Shown in pieces: positions 23,507-35,482 of a stretch of DNA of 48,721 bases. The DNA comes from Gammaproteobacteria bacterium (GTDB lineage: Bacteria > Pseudomonadota > Gammaproteobacteria > Pseudomonadales > JADFDG01), in the NCBI GenBank assembly GCA_046566765.1, contig JBKHWA010000009.1, positions 1-48,721 of the forward strand. The letters are read 5' to 3'. The first letter of the stretch is position 1; every line of letters begins with the position of its first letter. The position numbers were made by a program, and so were the translations under genes. The notes below the pieces were generated by a model. That model was not told where the DNA came from. It made no database searches and worked only from the letters and a program-made list of their open reading frames with translations.

Positions 23507-23618
23507 ATGGGGGCCGGCGGGCAGGGGGGCCGCATTCTATATAAGGAGCCGGTCGGCGGCAGGGTTTGGGGAAGCCGGGACCGAAGGGTGCGCCATTATG
23601 TGCCGCCTTCCGGGGCCA

Positions 23619-23643
23619 ATACCATAGTGAATTGCTCGGGTAT
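23619..23643 (-). promoter_or_regulatory. IscR-like operator upstream of sufB
   Basis: 25-bp ATACCATAGTGAATTGCTCGGGTAT, with ATAC..GTAT ends and CTCGGG half-site like IscR boxes; lies where the -35 of a minus-strand CATAAT (23595-23600) would fall. Confidence 0.62.
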
Positions 23644-23726
23644 TGGGCCGGGCGGTTACCGGCCCGGCGGCCGGAGGCCGGCCCGGGGCGCGGTTTCCCG
23701 CGGTAGGCGCCGGAACCCTTCCTGCG

Positions 23727-23738
23727 TATAATCCGCGC
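23727..23738 (+). promoter_or_regulatory. Putative -10 (TATAAT) with GC-rich discriminator for ndk
   Basis: TATAATCCGCGC about 70 nt upstream of the ndk ATG; GGAG Shine-Dalgarno before the start. Confidence 0.55.
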
Positions 23739-23802
23739 TCTTTTTTGCAGGGCCGGGATTTCCGGCGTAACTCGTTGCCTGTACAGGCTTTTGGAGATTT
23801 AG

Positions 23803-24234
23803 ATGGCTGTCGAGCGTACCCTTTCGATCATCAAGCCGGACGCGGTTGGCAAGAACGTGATCGGCGAGATCTACACCCGGTTCGAGAAGGCGGGCCTGAA
23901 GGTCGTCGCGGCGCGCATGATGCACCTGTCGCAGGCGCAGGCCGAGGGCTTCTACGCCGAGCACAGCGCCCGCCCGTTCTTCCGCGCGCTGGTGGATTTC
24001 ATGATCTCCGGCCCGGTCGTGGTCTCGGTCCTGGAAGGCGAGAATGCCGTGCTCAAGCACCGTGACCTGATGGGTGCCACCGATCCGAAGAAGGCCGACA
24101 AGGGCACGATCCGCGCCGACTTCGCCGCGTCGATCGACGAGAACGCGGTACACGGTTCCGACTCGACCGCCTCGGCGGCGCGCGAAATCGCGTACTTCTT
24201 CAGCAGCCTGGATGTCTGCGCCCGCACGCGCTGA
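23803..24234 (+). CDS. ndk: Nucleoside-diphosphate kinase
   Basis: [37 protein letters not shown]. Confidence 0.98.
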   Translation: MAVERTLSIIKPDAVGKNVIGEIYTRFEKAGLKVVAARMMHLSQAQAEGFYAEHSARPFFRALVDFMISGPVVVSVLEGENAVLKHRDLMGATDPKKADKGTIRADFAASIDENAVHGSDSTASAAREIAYFFSSLDVCARTR

Positions 24235-24293
24235 AACCAGCCCGGCTGCTTGTGGTCTCAAGGGGCCGGGTATAACTGCGTAAAGTGAGCGAT

Positions 24294-25457
24294 ATGGCCG
24301 AGAGCAAGACCAACCTGCTGGGCAAGACCCAGGCGCAGCTCGAGGCCTTTTTCCTGGAGCTCGGCGAGAAGAAATTCCGCGCCACCCAGGTGATGCAGTG
24401 GATCCACGCGCGTGGCGTCGACGACTTCGACGCCATGAGCGACCTCGGCAAGGCCCTGCGCGCAAAGCTCAAGGAAGTCGCCGAGATCCGGGCACCGAAA
24501 GAGGTGTTCCACGAATTCTCGAAGGACGGCACCCGCAAGTGGGTGCTGGAAATGGACGGCGGCGGCAAGGTCGAGACCGTATTCATCCCCGATGGCGAGC
24601 GTGGCACGCTGTGCGTGTCCTCGCAGGTCGGCTGCGCGCTCGATTGCTCGTTCTGCTCCACCGGCAAGCAGGGTTTCCAGCGCGACCTCACCGCCGCCGA
24701 GATCATCGGCCAGGTGTGGATCGCCAACCGCTCGTTCCCGCCGCGCACCAACATGGGCGAGCACAACATCACCAACGTGGTGATGATGGGGATGGGCGAG
24801 CCGCTGCTGAACCTCGACAACGTGCTGCCGGCGCTCGAGTTGATGAAACACGATTTTGCCTACGGCATTTCCCGTCGTCGCGTCACGGTGAGTACGTCCG
24901 GCGTGGTGCCGGGCATCGACGCGCTCGGCGAGGCGATCGACGTATCGCTGGCATTGAGCCTGCACGCACCGAACGACGAGTTGCGCAACGAGTTGGTGCC
25001 GCTCAACAGGAAGTATCCGCTGGCGGAAGTGCTGGCGGCCTGCCGTCGTTTCCTGGCGCGCTACCCGACCAACAGTCACCGCTCGGTCACCATGGAGTAC
25101 GTGATGCTCAGCGGCGTGAACGACCGCGTCGAGCACGCGCACCAACTGGTGAAGCTGCTGCAGGACAGCGGCGTGCCCAGCAAGATCAACATGATCCCGT
25201 TCAACCCGTTTCCGCATGCGGGTTACGAGCGCTCTTCCAACAACCAGATCCGTCGTTTCCAGGAAGTACTGCAGCAGGCCGGCTTCGTGGCCACCGTGCG
25301 TACGACCCGTGGCGACGATATCGATGCCGCCTGCGGCCAGCTGGTCGGCCAGGTCAACGATCGCACCCGGCGCAGCGAGCGCTGGCGCGAGTCGCGGATT
25401 CCCGTGCAACAGGCCGACGGAAGCCCGTCGAGCCACCGGCGAGGACATGCCCGATGA
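24294..25457 (+). CDS. rlmN: Dual-specificity 23S rRNA/tRNA m2A methyltransferase (radical SAM)
   Basis: [53 protein letters not shown]. Confidence 0.97.
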   Translation: MAESKTNLLGKTQAQLEAFFLELGEKKFRATQVMQWIHARGVDDFDAMSDLGKALRAKLKEVAEIRAPKEVFHEFSKDGTRKWVLEMDGGGKVETVFIPDGERGTLCVSSQVGCALDCSFCSTGKQGFQRDLTAAEIIGQVWIANRSFPPRTNMGEHNITNVVMMGMGEPLLNLDNVLPALELMKHDFAYGISRRRVTVSTSGVVPGIDALGEAIDVSLALSLHAPNDELRNELVPLNRKYPLAEVLAACRRFLARYPTNSHRSVTMEYVMLSGVNDRVEHAHQLVKLLQDSGVPSKINMIPFNPFPHAGYERSSNNQIRRFQEVLQQAGFVATVRTTRGDDIDAACGQLVGQVNDRTRRSERWRESRIPVQQADGSPSSHRRGHAR

Positions 25458-26311
25458 CGTCGATGAAAGGCTGGTCTGCCCTGCTGTGTGTCCTGCTGGT
25501 AGGCGGCGCCGTGCTGGCCGGCTGCAAGAGCCGTGAGCCGCAAACCGCGGAGGAGAAGCGGCAGGCCGAGGCGGCGCTGCCTCAGGCCCGGGTCGATCCG
25601 GGGGAGCAGAAGCTCAAGGCGGTGCAGACCCGCCTGCAGGCCGGCATGGAAGCGCTGAAGGCGCGCGACCCGGAACGCGCCCGCCGGCACATTTCCCGCG
25701 CGCTGGAACTGGACAGCAACTCTCCCGAGGCGAACAACGCGATGGCGCTGCTGTATCGCTTCGAGGGCGATGACAAGCGCGAAGAGGAATATTTCCGCAA
25801 GGCGATCCGCAGCAACGGAAATTACAGCCAGGCGCGCAACAACTATGCGGCGCTGCTTTACCGCAAGGGTCGCTACGACGACGCCATCGATCAGCTGGAA
25901 AAGGCGAGCAACGATCCCAACTACGACCAGCGGGCCGTTGCCTTCCTGAACCTGGGCCGCTGTTACGCGAAGGTTGGCGAACTGGACAAGGCCAATGCCG
26001 CGCTGCAGCGCTCGCTGCGGCTGGAGAGCCAGCGGCCGGAAACGTTGCTGGAACTGGCGGAGGTATTGTTGCGCCAGCAGAAGTACAACGATGCCGACAC
26101 CTACCTGTCGATGTTCCAGACCCGGATGCGCAATACCCCGCGCAGCCTGTGGATCGGCATTCGCCTCGCCGCGGCGCAGGAGAATGCCGACAAGTTGGCG
26201 AGCTACGAATTCCAGTTGGCGAAGCTGTTCAAGGATTCGCCCGAGTATGCCGAGTGGCGGACCTGGAAAAGCGGCGTCACGCCGGCCAAGGACAAGCGCA
26301 AGTCGCGCTGA
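25454..26311 (+). CDS. pilF: Type IV pilus biogenesis/stability TPR lipoprotein PilF/PilW
   Basis: Lipobox LAGC, TPR repeats ([17 protein letters not shown]), RSLWIGIR; rlmN-pilF-rodZ synteny. Confidence 0.88.
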   Translation: MTSMKGWSALLCVLLVGGAVLAGCKSREPQTAEEKRQAEAALPQARVDPGEQKLKAVQTRLQAGMEALKARDPERARRHISRALELDSNSPEANNAMALLYRFEGDDKREEEYFRKAIRSNGNYSQARNNYAALLYRKGRYDDAIDQLEKASNDPNYDQRAVAFLNLGRCYAKVGELDKANAALQRSLRLESQRPETLLELAEVLLRQQKYNDADTYLSMFQTRMRNTPRSLWIGIRLAAAQENADKLASYEFQLAKLFKDSPEYAEWRTWKSGVTPAKDKRKSR

Positions 26312-26320
26312 GGAATACCC

Positions 26321-27292
26321 ATGGCAAGCAATGCCGGTGAGCAACTGCGCGAGGCGCGCGAACTCAAGGGCCTGACGGTCGAGGACGTGGCTGCCCGCCT
26401 GCGCATCCCCGCCCGGTATGTGCGGGCGATCGAGCAGGGCGATTCCGGCGTGTTGCCGGAGCCGACGTTCGTGCGCGGTTACGTCAAGGCGTACGCCCGC
26501 GAACTGGGGCTGGACGCCGATGCGATGGTGGCCGAACTGGCGCCGGCGATCGAGGTGAAGGCGCCGCGACCGCTGCTCGCCGTTGATGGCGGCACGTCCG
26601 GGCGCAAGTCCGGCGCCGCGCGTGCGCCGAATTTCCGTGCCGGTTCCTCGCGGCGACGCCCGTGGCTGGTTGCCGCCGTGATCGTGGTCGTGGTCGTGCT
26701 GTTGCTGGTGCTGGCGTTCCTTGCGTTGCGCAGCCCGTCGTCTTCCCCGGTCGAGGTGACGGTTGCGCCGGCGGCTTCCACCGGCACGGTGGCACCGGTG
26801 GTGATGCCGCCACCGGTCGTGGGCGGCGGCAAGGACGCCGTGGTGACGGCGATACGCCTGCCGCCCGCGCCCTCGTCATCGCCGGCACCCGCGGCGGCCG
26901 TCGCCGGCACGCCGGTTGCCCTGCCGCTGCCGGCGGCGAGTGGCACGCAGCCGCTGGCGTTGCCGCAGCCCCCTGCGGCTGCGCCGGCCGCGGTGCCCGC
27001 TCCGGCCGGTGCTTCGTCGCCGGAGGTGAAGGAAGTGCCGGTGCCCCGCCGTGGCCTGTATATCCGCTTCCGCGGCGAGTCCTGGGTAGAGGTGCGTGAC
27101 GTCGACAACGTCGTGCTGCACACCAGCGTGCAGTCCGCCGGCAGCGTGCTGTCGCTGGAAGGCAAGGCGCCGCTGACGGTGACCCTGGGTGATTCCGCCG
27201 CGGCCGACCTCTGGTACAACGGCGCCCGCCAGCAGAATCGCGGCGGCAACGCCCGCGTAAATCGCATCATCGTCGGTCAGGCGGCGAGGTAG
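26321..27292 (+). CDS. rodZ: Cytoskeleton protein RodZ
   Basis: N-terminal HTH (GEQLREARE..FVRGYVKAYA), basic patch + TM, Pro/Ala linker, C-terminal SWVEVRD domain. Confidence 0.88.
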   Translation: MASNAGEQLREARELKGLTVEDVAARLRIPARYVRAIEQGDSGVLPEPTFVRGYVKAYARELGLDADAMVAELAPAIEVKAPRPLLAVDGGTSGRKSGAARAPNFRAGSSRRRPWLVAAVIVVVVVLLLVLAFLALRSPSSSPVEVTVAPAASTGTVAPVVMPPPVVGGGKDAVVTAIRLPPAPSSSPAPAAAVAGTPVALPLPAASGTQPLALPQPPAAAPAAVPAPAGASSPEVKEVPVPRRGLYIRFRGESWVEVRDVDNVVLHTSVQSAGSVLSLEGKAPLTVTLGDSAAADLWYNGARQQNRGGNARVNRIIVGQAAR

Positions 27293-27295
27293 GCC

Positions 27296-28431
27296 GTGCA
27301 CCACGAGTCACCCATCACGCGCCGCAAGACGCGGCAGATCATGGTCGGCAAGGTGCCGGTCGGCGGCGACGCGCCGATCAGCGTGCAGACCATGACCAAC
27401 ACCGATACCTGTGACGTCGATGCCACGGTGGCGCAAATCCGGCGCTGCGTGGCCGCCGGCGCCGACATCGTGCGCGTTTCGGTGCCGACCATGGATTCGG
27501 TGGCCGCCTTCGCGAAGATCCGTCCGCAGGTGGACGTGCCGCTGGTAGCCGACATCCATTTTGATCATCGCATCGCGCTGGCCGTTGCCGATGCCGGTGC
27601 CGATTGCCTGCGCATCAACCCGGGCAACATCGGCTCCGATGAAAAAGTGCGTGCGGTGGTCGATTGCGCGCGCGACAAGGGCCTGCCGATCCGCATCGGC
27701 GTCAACGCCGGCTCACTGGAGAAGGAGCTCCAGCTGAAATACGGCGAGCCGACCGGCGCGGCGATGGTCGAGTCGGCGATGCGCCACATCGACATCCTCG
27801 AACGGCTGGATTTCCACGACTACAAGGTCAGCGTGAAGGCGTCGAATGTCTTCCTGACGCTCGATGCCTACCGGTTGCTGTCGAAGCAGATCGACAAGCC
27901 GCTGCACCTGGGCGTGACCGAGGCGGGTATTTTCCGCTCCGGCACCGTCAAGTCGGCGGTGGCGCTGGGCATGCTGTTGTACGAGGGCATCGGCGACACC
28001 ATCCGCATCTCGCTGGCTGCCGAGCCCGAGGACGAGGTGAAGGTCGGCTTCGACCTGCTCAAGTCGCTGGGCCTGCGTTCCAACGGCATCAACTTCATCG
28101 CCTGCCCGAGTTGCTCGCGGCAGGAGTTCGACGTCATCCGGGTGATGAACGAACTGGAGGCGCGGCTGGAAGACGTGCGCGTGCCGATGGACGTGTCGGT
28201 CATCGGCTGCAAGGTCAACGGGCCGGGCGAGGCGAAGGAAGCCGATATTGGCGTCGTCGGTGCCTCCCCGAACAGCCTGGTGTACCGCCACGGCGAGAAG
28301 AGCCACCTGATTCCCACCGCCACGCTGGTCGACGAGATCGAGAAGATGGTGCGTGAGCGGGTACGCGCCGCCGAGGCGGAAAAAATCGAACAGAAAAAAC
28401 GCGACGACCAATCCGGGATCATAGTCCGCTC

Positions 28432-28435
<4 letters not shown>
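27296..28435 (+). CDS. ispG: 4-hydroxy-3-methylbut-2-en-1-yl diphosphate synthase
   Basis: [51 protein letters not shown]. Confidence 0.98.
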
Positions 28436-29711
<1,276 letters not shown>

Positions 29712-29712
<1 letters not shown>

Positions 29713-30371
29713 TGGACGTTTACCGTACCGAGGAAGAACAGGTTGCCGCGATCAAGTCGTGGTGGTCGCAGAACGGTTTGAAGGTGCTGATTGCGGCGCT
29801 GCTGGCTGTCGGCTCGTATGCCGGCTGGAAGTGGTACCAGGCGCACGAGCGGGAGCAAGCGATTGCCGCCGCCGGCCTTTACCAGGCGTTGATGAAGTCC
29901 TACCAGGAGGTGATGGCCGGGGGGCCGGGTGCTGCCGACGCCGATGCCCGCATGGCCAGGGCCGGCGAGGAACTGGCCGCTGATTACAGCGGCACGCCGT
30001 ATGCCCGCTTCGCGGCGATGGTGCTGGCCGGCCGCGCAGTGGAGCGTGACGATCTGGCCGCGGCCGAGAAGCAGTTGCGTGCGGTCATCGCCGTCGACGA
30101 TGGCGATGCGATGGCGCTGATTGCCACCCACCGCCTGGCCAAGGTGCTGTCGGCGCAGGGGCGCCACGAGGATGCGCTGGCGCTGCTGGCCGACGACGTG
30201 CCGAAGGAATTCGTGTCGGCGCGCGAAGATGCGCGCGGCGATGTGCTGATCGCCCAGGGCAAGCGTGCCGAGGCGCGTGCGGCCTGGCAAAAGGCGCTGG
30301 ACACCGCCGGAGAGAAGGACTCGTCGCGCATGCTGCTGGAGATGAAACTTGCCTACGCCTCCGGCGAATAG
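29712..30371 (+). CDS. yfgM: YfgM family TPR membrane protein (ancillary SecYEG subunit)
   Basis: TEEEQVAAIKSWWSQNG, one TM, TPR-like helices, RGDVL; hisS-yfgM-bamB synteny. Confidence 0.9.
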
Positions 30372-30387
30372 GACCTGGCCCCCCGTG

Positions 30388-31716
30388 ATGCGCATCAAAC
30401 GGCGATCGTTTCTTCCCCGTGCGTGGCTGGCGCTGGTTTCCGTGCTGGCGCTGGCGGCCTGTGGCAGCAAGGAAGAGGTGCTGAAGCCTTCGCCGTTGCC
30501 GGACATTTCGCCGGCGGTGCGATTCGACAGCGCCTGGTCCGCCGACACCGGCGCCGGCAGTGCCGCCGAGGGGCTGGCGCTGGTCCCGGCGCTCAGCGGC
30601 GAAGCGGTGTACACCGCCGACGACCAGGGCCGGCTTGCGGCGCGCGATCGTCGCCGCGGCAAGCGCCTGTGGCAGCACCATACCGGGCAGCCGTTTTCGG
30701 CCGGCCCGGCGGTGGCCTACAACCAGGTCTTCGTTGGCACCCGCGAGGGCGAACTGCTCGCCTACTCGGCGCAGGACGGCGAATTGCTCTGGCGCGTGCA
30801 ACTCGGCGGCGAGGTGTTGGCGGTGCCGGCAGTCAGCGGCGACGCCGTGGCGGTCAAAACCTCGGATGGTCATGTCACGCTGGTCGATCGTGTCGGCGGC
30901 GTCGTTCGCTGGGTATATGACGGTGGCGCGGCGCCGCTGGCATTGCGTGCATCGAGCAGTCCGCTGTTGCTCGACGATGCAGTACTGGTCGGCATGCCGA
31001 CCGGGGAGCTGGTGGCACTGGAACGCGCCACCGGCCAGCTGATCTGGGAGCGCCGCATCGCCGAGCCCAGCGGCAAGTCGGAACTCGACCGGCTGGTGGA
31101 TATCGCCGGCGATTTCGTGGTGCGCGACGATCGCATCTTCGTCGCCACCTACCAGGGCCGGCTGGTGGCACTCAACCTGCACAACGGCCAGTTCGCCTGG
31201 CAGCAGCCCCTGTCGACCTTCCAGCCGGTCGCGGCGACGAATGATCGTGTTTTCGTCGCGGATGCCGACGGCGTTGTCAGCGCGGTGCGCAGCGAGGACG
31301 GCGTGGTGTTGTGGCGCATCGATTCGTTGCGTGGCCGCCGGGTGACCGGCGCTGCGCTGCTCGGTGACTGGTTGCTGGCAGGCGATTTCGAAGGCTGGGT
31401 GCACGTGATCCGGCAGGCGGACGGCCTGCTGGTCGGTCGTCGCAAGGTCGACGGTGACGGGATCGCGCTGCCGCCGGTAGTCGACGAGGGCACGGTGTTC
31501 GCGCTTGGTCGTGGCGGTCGCCTTGGCGTGTTCCGCGTCGAGTGGCGTGACGAGGTTCCGCCGCTGCCTGTCCCGGCCACGCCGCAAGCCAAGGCCACGC
31601 CGCAAACGGAAGCCGCCCTGCAAACGGAAGCCGCACCGCAAGCTGACAGTGCGCCGCAACCTGAGGCCACGCCGCAGCCGGAAGCCGCATCGTCGCCGGG
31701 CGCCGCGACGCCATGA
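30388..31716 (+). CDS. bamB: Outer membrane protein assembly factor BamB
   Basis: Lipobox LAAC, PQQ-like beta-propeller repeats (G.LLW), [16 protein letters not shown]; Pro/Gln/Ala-rich tail. Confidence 0.92.
   Translation: MRIKRRSFLPRAWLALVSVLALAACGSKEEVLKPSPLPDISPAVRFDSAWSADTGAGSAAEGLALVPALSGEAVYTADDQGRLAARDRRRGKRLWQHHTGQPFSAGPAVAYNQVFVGTREGELLAYSAQDGELLWRVQLGGEVLAVPAVSGDAVAVKTSDGHVTLVDRVGGVVRWVYDGGAAPLALRASSSPLLLDDAVLVGMPTGELVALERATGQLIWERRIAEPSGKSELDRLVDIAGDFVVRDDRIFVATYQGRLVALNLHNGQFAWQQPLSTFQPVAATNDRVFVADADGVVSAVRSEDGVVLWRIDSLRGRRVTGAALLGDWLLAGDFEGWVHVIRQADGLLVGRRKVDGDGIALPPVVDEGTVFALGRGGRLGVFRVEWRDEVPPLPVPATPQAKATPQTEAALQTEAAPQADSAPQPEATPQPEAASSPGAATP
31576..31683 (+). repeat. Six degenerate 18-bp in-frame tandem repeats in the bamB 3' end
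   Basis: Units such as GCCACGCCGCAAGCCAAG / GCCACGCCGCAAACGGAA / GCCGCCCTGCAAACGGAA encoding [36 protein letters not shown]. Confidence 0.82.
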
Positions 31717-33113
31717 AGCCGGTCATCGCCCTGGTCGGCCGGCCGAACGTCGGCAAGTCGACCCTGTTCAACCAGTTGACGAAGTCGCGCGACGCCATCG
31801 TCGCCGACTACTCCGGGCTCACCCGCGACCGCAAGTACGGCGATGGCCGCATCGGCGACAAGGCCTTCATCTGCGTCGATACCGGCGGCATCGGTGAAAC
31901 GCCGGAAGAGGGTGTCGATGCGCTGATGGCGCGCCAGAGCTGGCTGGCAGTGCAGGAGGCCGACATCGTGCTGCTGCTGGTCGATGGCCGCGCCGGGATC
32001 AACACCGACGATGCTTACATTGCCCGCCGGTTGCGCACCGCCGGCAAGCGCGTGGTGCTGGTGGTCAACAAGACCGACGGCATCGATCCCGAGGTAGCGC
32101 GCAACGAGTTCTCGGTGCTCGGTTTCAGCGACGTGCACGCCATCGCCGCGGTGCATGGTCGCGGCGTGGCGCAGTTGATGCAGCACGTGCTCGAGCCCTT
32201 TCCGGAAACGCCGGCGGAAGCGCCTGCCGAAGACGACAGCATCCGCATCGCGGTGGTTGGCCGGCCGAACGTCGGCAAGTCGACGCTGATCAACCGCATC
32301 CTCGGCGAGGAGCGGGTGGTGGTCAGCAATGTCGCCGGCACCACCCGGGACGCCATCGACGTGCCCTACGAGCGGAACGGCCAGAAGTACACGCTGGTCG
32401 ACACCGCCGGGGTGCGCCGGAAAGGGCGCGTCGAGGAGGCAATCGAGAAGTTCTCGGTGGTGAAGACGCTGCAGGCGATCGACGGTGCGCAGGTCGCGAT
32501 CCTGGTCGTCGATGCGCACGAGGGGCTGGTCGAACAGGACCTGCACGTGCTCGGCTACGTGCTGGAGAAGGGCCGGGCGCTGGTGATCGCCATCAACAAG
32601 TGGGATGGCCTCGACAGTTACCAGAAGGACCAGGTGCGCAAGGAAATGGACCGGCGCCTCGGTTTCGTCGAGTTCGCGAAGGTCCATTTCATCTCGGCAC
32701 TGCACGGCACCGGCGTCGGCGAGTTGTACCCGTCGATCATCGCCGCCTACGAAGCGACCACGGCGCGACTGACTTCGGCGCGGCTCACCGCGATCCTCGA
32801 GGACGCGGTGCGCCAGCACCAGCCGCCGATGGTGCGTGGCCATCGGCCGAAGTTGCGCTACGCGCACATGGGTGGCAGTCAGCCGCCGGTAATCGTCATC
32901 CACGGCAACAACACGGAAGGGATCCCGGACGCTTATCGCCGTTACCTGGAAAACATCTACCGCAAGGTGATGCGTCTCGAGGGGTCGCCGCTGCGGATCG
33001 AGTTCAAGGGTGGCGACAACCCGTTCGCCGGTCGCAAGAACACCCTGACGCCGCGCCAGCTGGCGAAAAAGCGCCGCCTCATGCGGCACGTCAAGAAGAA
33101 AAGCCGGGACTGA
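31713..33113 (+). CDS. der: Ribosome biogenesis GTPase Der (EngA)
   Basis: Two [10 protein letters not shown]-loops, DTGG/DTAG, NKTD/NKWD, C-terminal KH-like domain. Confidence 0.98.
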   Translation: MKPVIALVGRPNVGKSTLFNQLTKSRDAIVADYSGLTRDRKYGDGRIGDKAFICVDTGGIGETPEEGVDALMARQSWLAVQEADIVLLLVDGRAGINTDDAYIARRLRTAGKRVVLVVNKTDGIDPEVARNEFSVLGFSDVHAIAAVHGRGVAQLMQHVLEPFPETPAEAPAEDDSIRIAVVGRPNVGKSTLINRILGEERVVVSNVAGTTRDAIDVPYERNGQKYTLVDTAGVRRKGRVEEAIEKFSVVKTLQAIDGAQVAILVVDAHEGLVEQDLHVLGYVLEKGRALVIAINKWDGLDSYQKDQVRKEMDRRLGFVEFAKVHFISALHGTGVGELYPSIIAAYEATTARLTSARLTAILEDAVRQHQPPMVRGHRPKLRYAHMGGSQPPVIVIHGNNTEGIPDAYRRYLENIYRKVMRLEGSPLRIEFKGGDNPFAGRKNTLTPRQLAKKRRLMRHVKKKSRD

Positions 33114-33242
33114 CCGGCCTTGCCGCCGGTCGCCGGCGGCCCCCCTGCCGGCGGGCAGGCGCCAACTGGTAGTGTGGCAATGCCCGCTGATAGCATCATC
33201 AGCGGATTGATTCCCATCTTGTTGTGGTCCGGAGTCTGCTGC

Positions 33243-35441
33243 ATGCCTTACGCGTTGAAACGCCGCGCCGTCCGCGTGCTGTGTCTCCTGCCCGTCGTGT
33301 TCGCGGGCGCGGTGGCGGTGGCAGGCGAGCTGCCCGAACTGCCGGCCGAGCTTGCCGGTGAGGTCCCTCAGGTGCTGACGCCCTCCCGCCTGCAGCAGGC
33401 GCAGGTCGATGTGGCTGCCAGCGTGACGGTCATCGACCGCGGGATGATCGAGGCGCTGGGCGTCCGTGATCTGCCGGAACTGCTGCGGCTGGTGCCCGGC
33501 ATGATGGTCACCAACGAGAGCCAGGCCGGCCATACGTTCGCCGTGAATTATCACGGCACCAATCTCACCGACATCCGCCGGCTGCAGGTACTGGTCGACG
33601 GCATGAGCATGTACCAGTCGGCGTTGTCGCGGATCCTCTGGTCGGACCTCACGCTGTCGATCGATGACATCGAGCGCATCGAGGTTACGCGTGGCCCGAA
33701 CGCTGCCGCGTACGGTTCCAACTCGTTCTCCGCGATCATCAACATCATCACCGTCCATCCGCAGGACGTGACCGGCAACATGGTCCGGGCCGCCGGCGGC
33801 AACCGCGACACCATCGACACCGGCGGTCGCCTGGTCGGCCACGGTGATGCCCATGACTGGCGACTCTCGTTCTCGACCAAGCAGGACAGCGGCTTCGATT
33901 TCGGGCGGGGCGGCATCGAGGTGCTGGACGATCGCCGGGTCGGTGTCATGAACTGGCGCGGCGAGTACCGTCCCGGCGAGCGTGACCGGGTGGAATTGCT
34001 GCTGGGCCTCGGAGCCAGCGAGAAGGAAAAGGAACCCGACGATTTCGGCGTGCTCGACCACTACGAGGAGAACCCGGTCGATACCACGTACAACCGCAAT
34101 GCGCTGGTGCGCTGGTCGCGCGATGTCTCCTCCGACCACCAGCTGCAGGTGCAGGCCTACAGCCAGCGGACCGACAGCCGTACCCCGTTCCGCGCCTGCC
34201 TGCTGCACCCGGTCCTGCTGTCGGATGAACTGGCGGCGCTGGCCGCCGTCGATCCGGCCTACGTCGAGGACCTGCTTGGCGCCGCCGATCCGTTTGCCTA
34301 CATCGCCACCCTGCCGACCTCGCCGATCGATGTGCAGGCACTGGCCACCGCGGCGCTGGTGCGTTACGCGGCGCTGGCGCCGACCCAGCCCTGCGGCGAC
34401 GTCGAGTTCGACGTGCGCGAGAGTCGTTTTGACATCGAGGTGCAGGACACGCGGCGGTTGAGCGAGCGGCTGCGGGTGGTGGCCGGCGCCGGCTTCCGCC
34501 GGGACAGCGGCTCCAGCGCCAGTTACACCGGCGGGCAGGTCGCCAACGATGTCTGGCGGCTGTTCGGCCACGGCGAGTACCGGTTCGTCGATCCGCTGAT
34601 GCTCAACATCGGCGCGATGCTGGAAGACGACGGCATCAGCGGCACCACGCTGTCGCCGCGCGCCGGCCTCAACTGGCGCTTCCACCCGCAGCAGTCGTTG
34701 CGCCTGGTCCGCTCGCGCGCCTACCGGACCCAGGACCTCTACGAGGAGTTTGCCGAGACGCGCATCACCTTCGAGCACCTGTCGCCGCCGTACAACAACG
34801 GCGACCCGGGCAGCCCCGACGAGTATCGCCGCGACCTGTTCCTGATCCAGACATCGCCGGACGACCTCGAGCCGGAGGAGATCACCTCGACGGAGCTCGG
34901 CTGGTTCGGCTTTTTTCCGCGCTGGCGTACCGAGATCGACGTCCGCTGGTTCCGCGAGAACCTCGACCGGCTGATCAGTGACCCGATCAATCCGCAGGAC
35001 TTCGACGCCGACAACAACTCGTGGACCGAGCTCAATGGCGCCGAGCTGCAGGCGAAGTACAGTTTCGCGCCGCGCAGCTGGCTTTGGGCTACCTACGCCT
35101 ACATCGACAACGAGAGCACCGACCGGATCGAGAAGAAATTCACCGCCCGCCATAGCGGCAGCCTCGCGGTTGCGCACCGCTTTGCATCGGGCTGGAGCGG
35201 TTCGGCCGCCTGGTACGTCAGCCGCCACCAGAACGTCCGGCCGCTGATCGGCGGTGGCCAGACCCGTTACCACTTCGAGCGTCTGGACCTGCGGCTGGCG
35301 CGGGACATCGCGCTCGGCGACCAGACGTTGCAGCTTTCCGCCAATGCGCAGTGCCGCTTCGACGATCGCCAGCACATCCACGACGACAACAGTTATGACG
35401 ACCGGATTTACGGCTACCTGGGACTGAAACTGGATTTCTGA
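33243..35441 (+). CDS. TonB-dependent outer membrane receptor (PA1613-like)
   Basis: Signal peptide, plug motifs VLTPSRL..ASVTVID..LLRLVPGM, IERIEVTRGPNAAAYG, SPRAGLNW, LEPEEI, terminal Phe. Confidence 0.9.
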   Translation: MPYALKRRAVRVLCLLPVVFAGAVAVAGELPELPAELAGEVPQVLTPSRLQQAQVDVAASVTVIDRGMIEALGVRDLPELLRLVPGMMVTNESQAGHTFAVNYHGTNLTDIRRLQVLVDGMSMYQSALSRILWSDLTLSIDDIERIEVTRGPNAAAYGSNSFSAIINIITVHPQDVTGNMVRAAGGNRDTIDTGGRLVGHGDAHDWRLSFSTKQDSGFDFGRGGIEVLDDRRVGVMNWRGEYRPGERDRVELLLGLGASEKEKEPDDFGVLDHYEENPVDTTYNRNALVRWSRDVSSDHQLQVQAYSQRTDSRTPFRACLLHPVLLSDELAALAAVDPAYVEDLLGAADPFAYIATLPTSPIDVQALATAALVRYAALAPTQPCGDVEFDVRESRFDIEVQDTRRLSERLRVVAGAGFRRDSGSSASYTGGQVANDVWRLFGHGEYRFVDPLMLNIGAMLEDDGISGTTLSPRAGLNWRFHPQQSLRLVRSRAYRTQDLYEEFAETRITFEHLSPPYNNGDPGSPDEYRRDLFLIQTSPDDLEPEEITSTELGWFGFFPRWRTEIDVRWFRENLDRLISDPINPQDFDADNNSWTELNGAELQAKYSFAPRSWLWATYAYIDNESTDRIEKKFTARHSGSLAVAHRFASGWSGSAAWYVSRHQNVRPLIGGGQTRYHFERLDLRLARDIALGDQTLQLSANAQCRFDDRQHIHDDNSYDDRIYGYLGLKLDF

Positions 35442-35482
35442 AGACGTGAAGACCTGAATACGCAGGGAACGGCGGAAAACGG

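Noticed and set aside
33114-33160. Two short GC hairpins after der as terminator or riboswitch
   Set aside because: No U-tract and no cobalamin or TPP riboswitch consensus seen
31149-35381. 1410-aa minus-strand ORF, and similar long antisense ORFs (39308-42844, 36265-38844, 4568-7003, 1659-3848)
   Set aside because: Shadow ORFs opposite well-supported genes in high-GC DNA; no recognisable motifs
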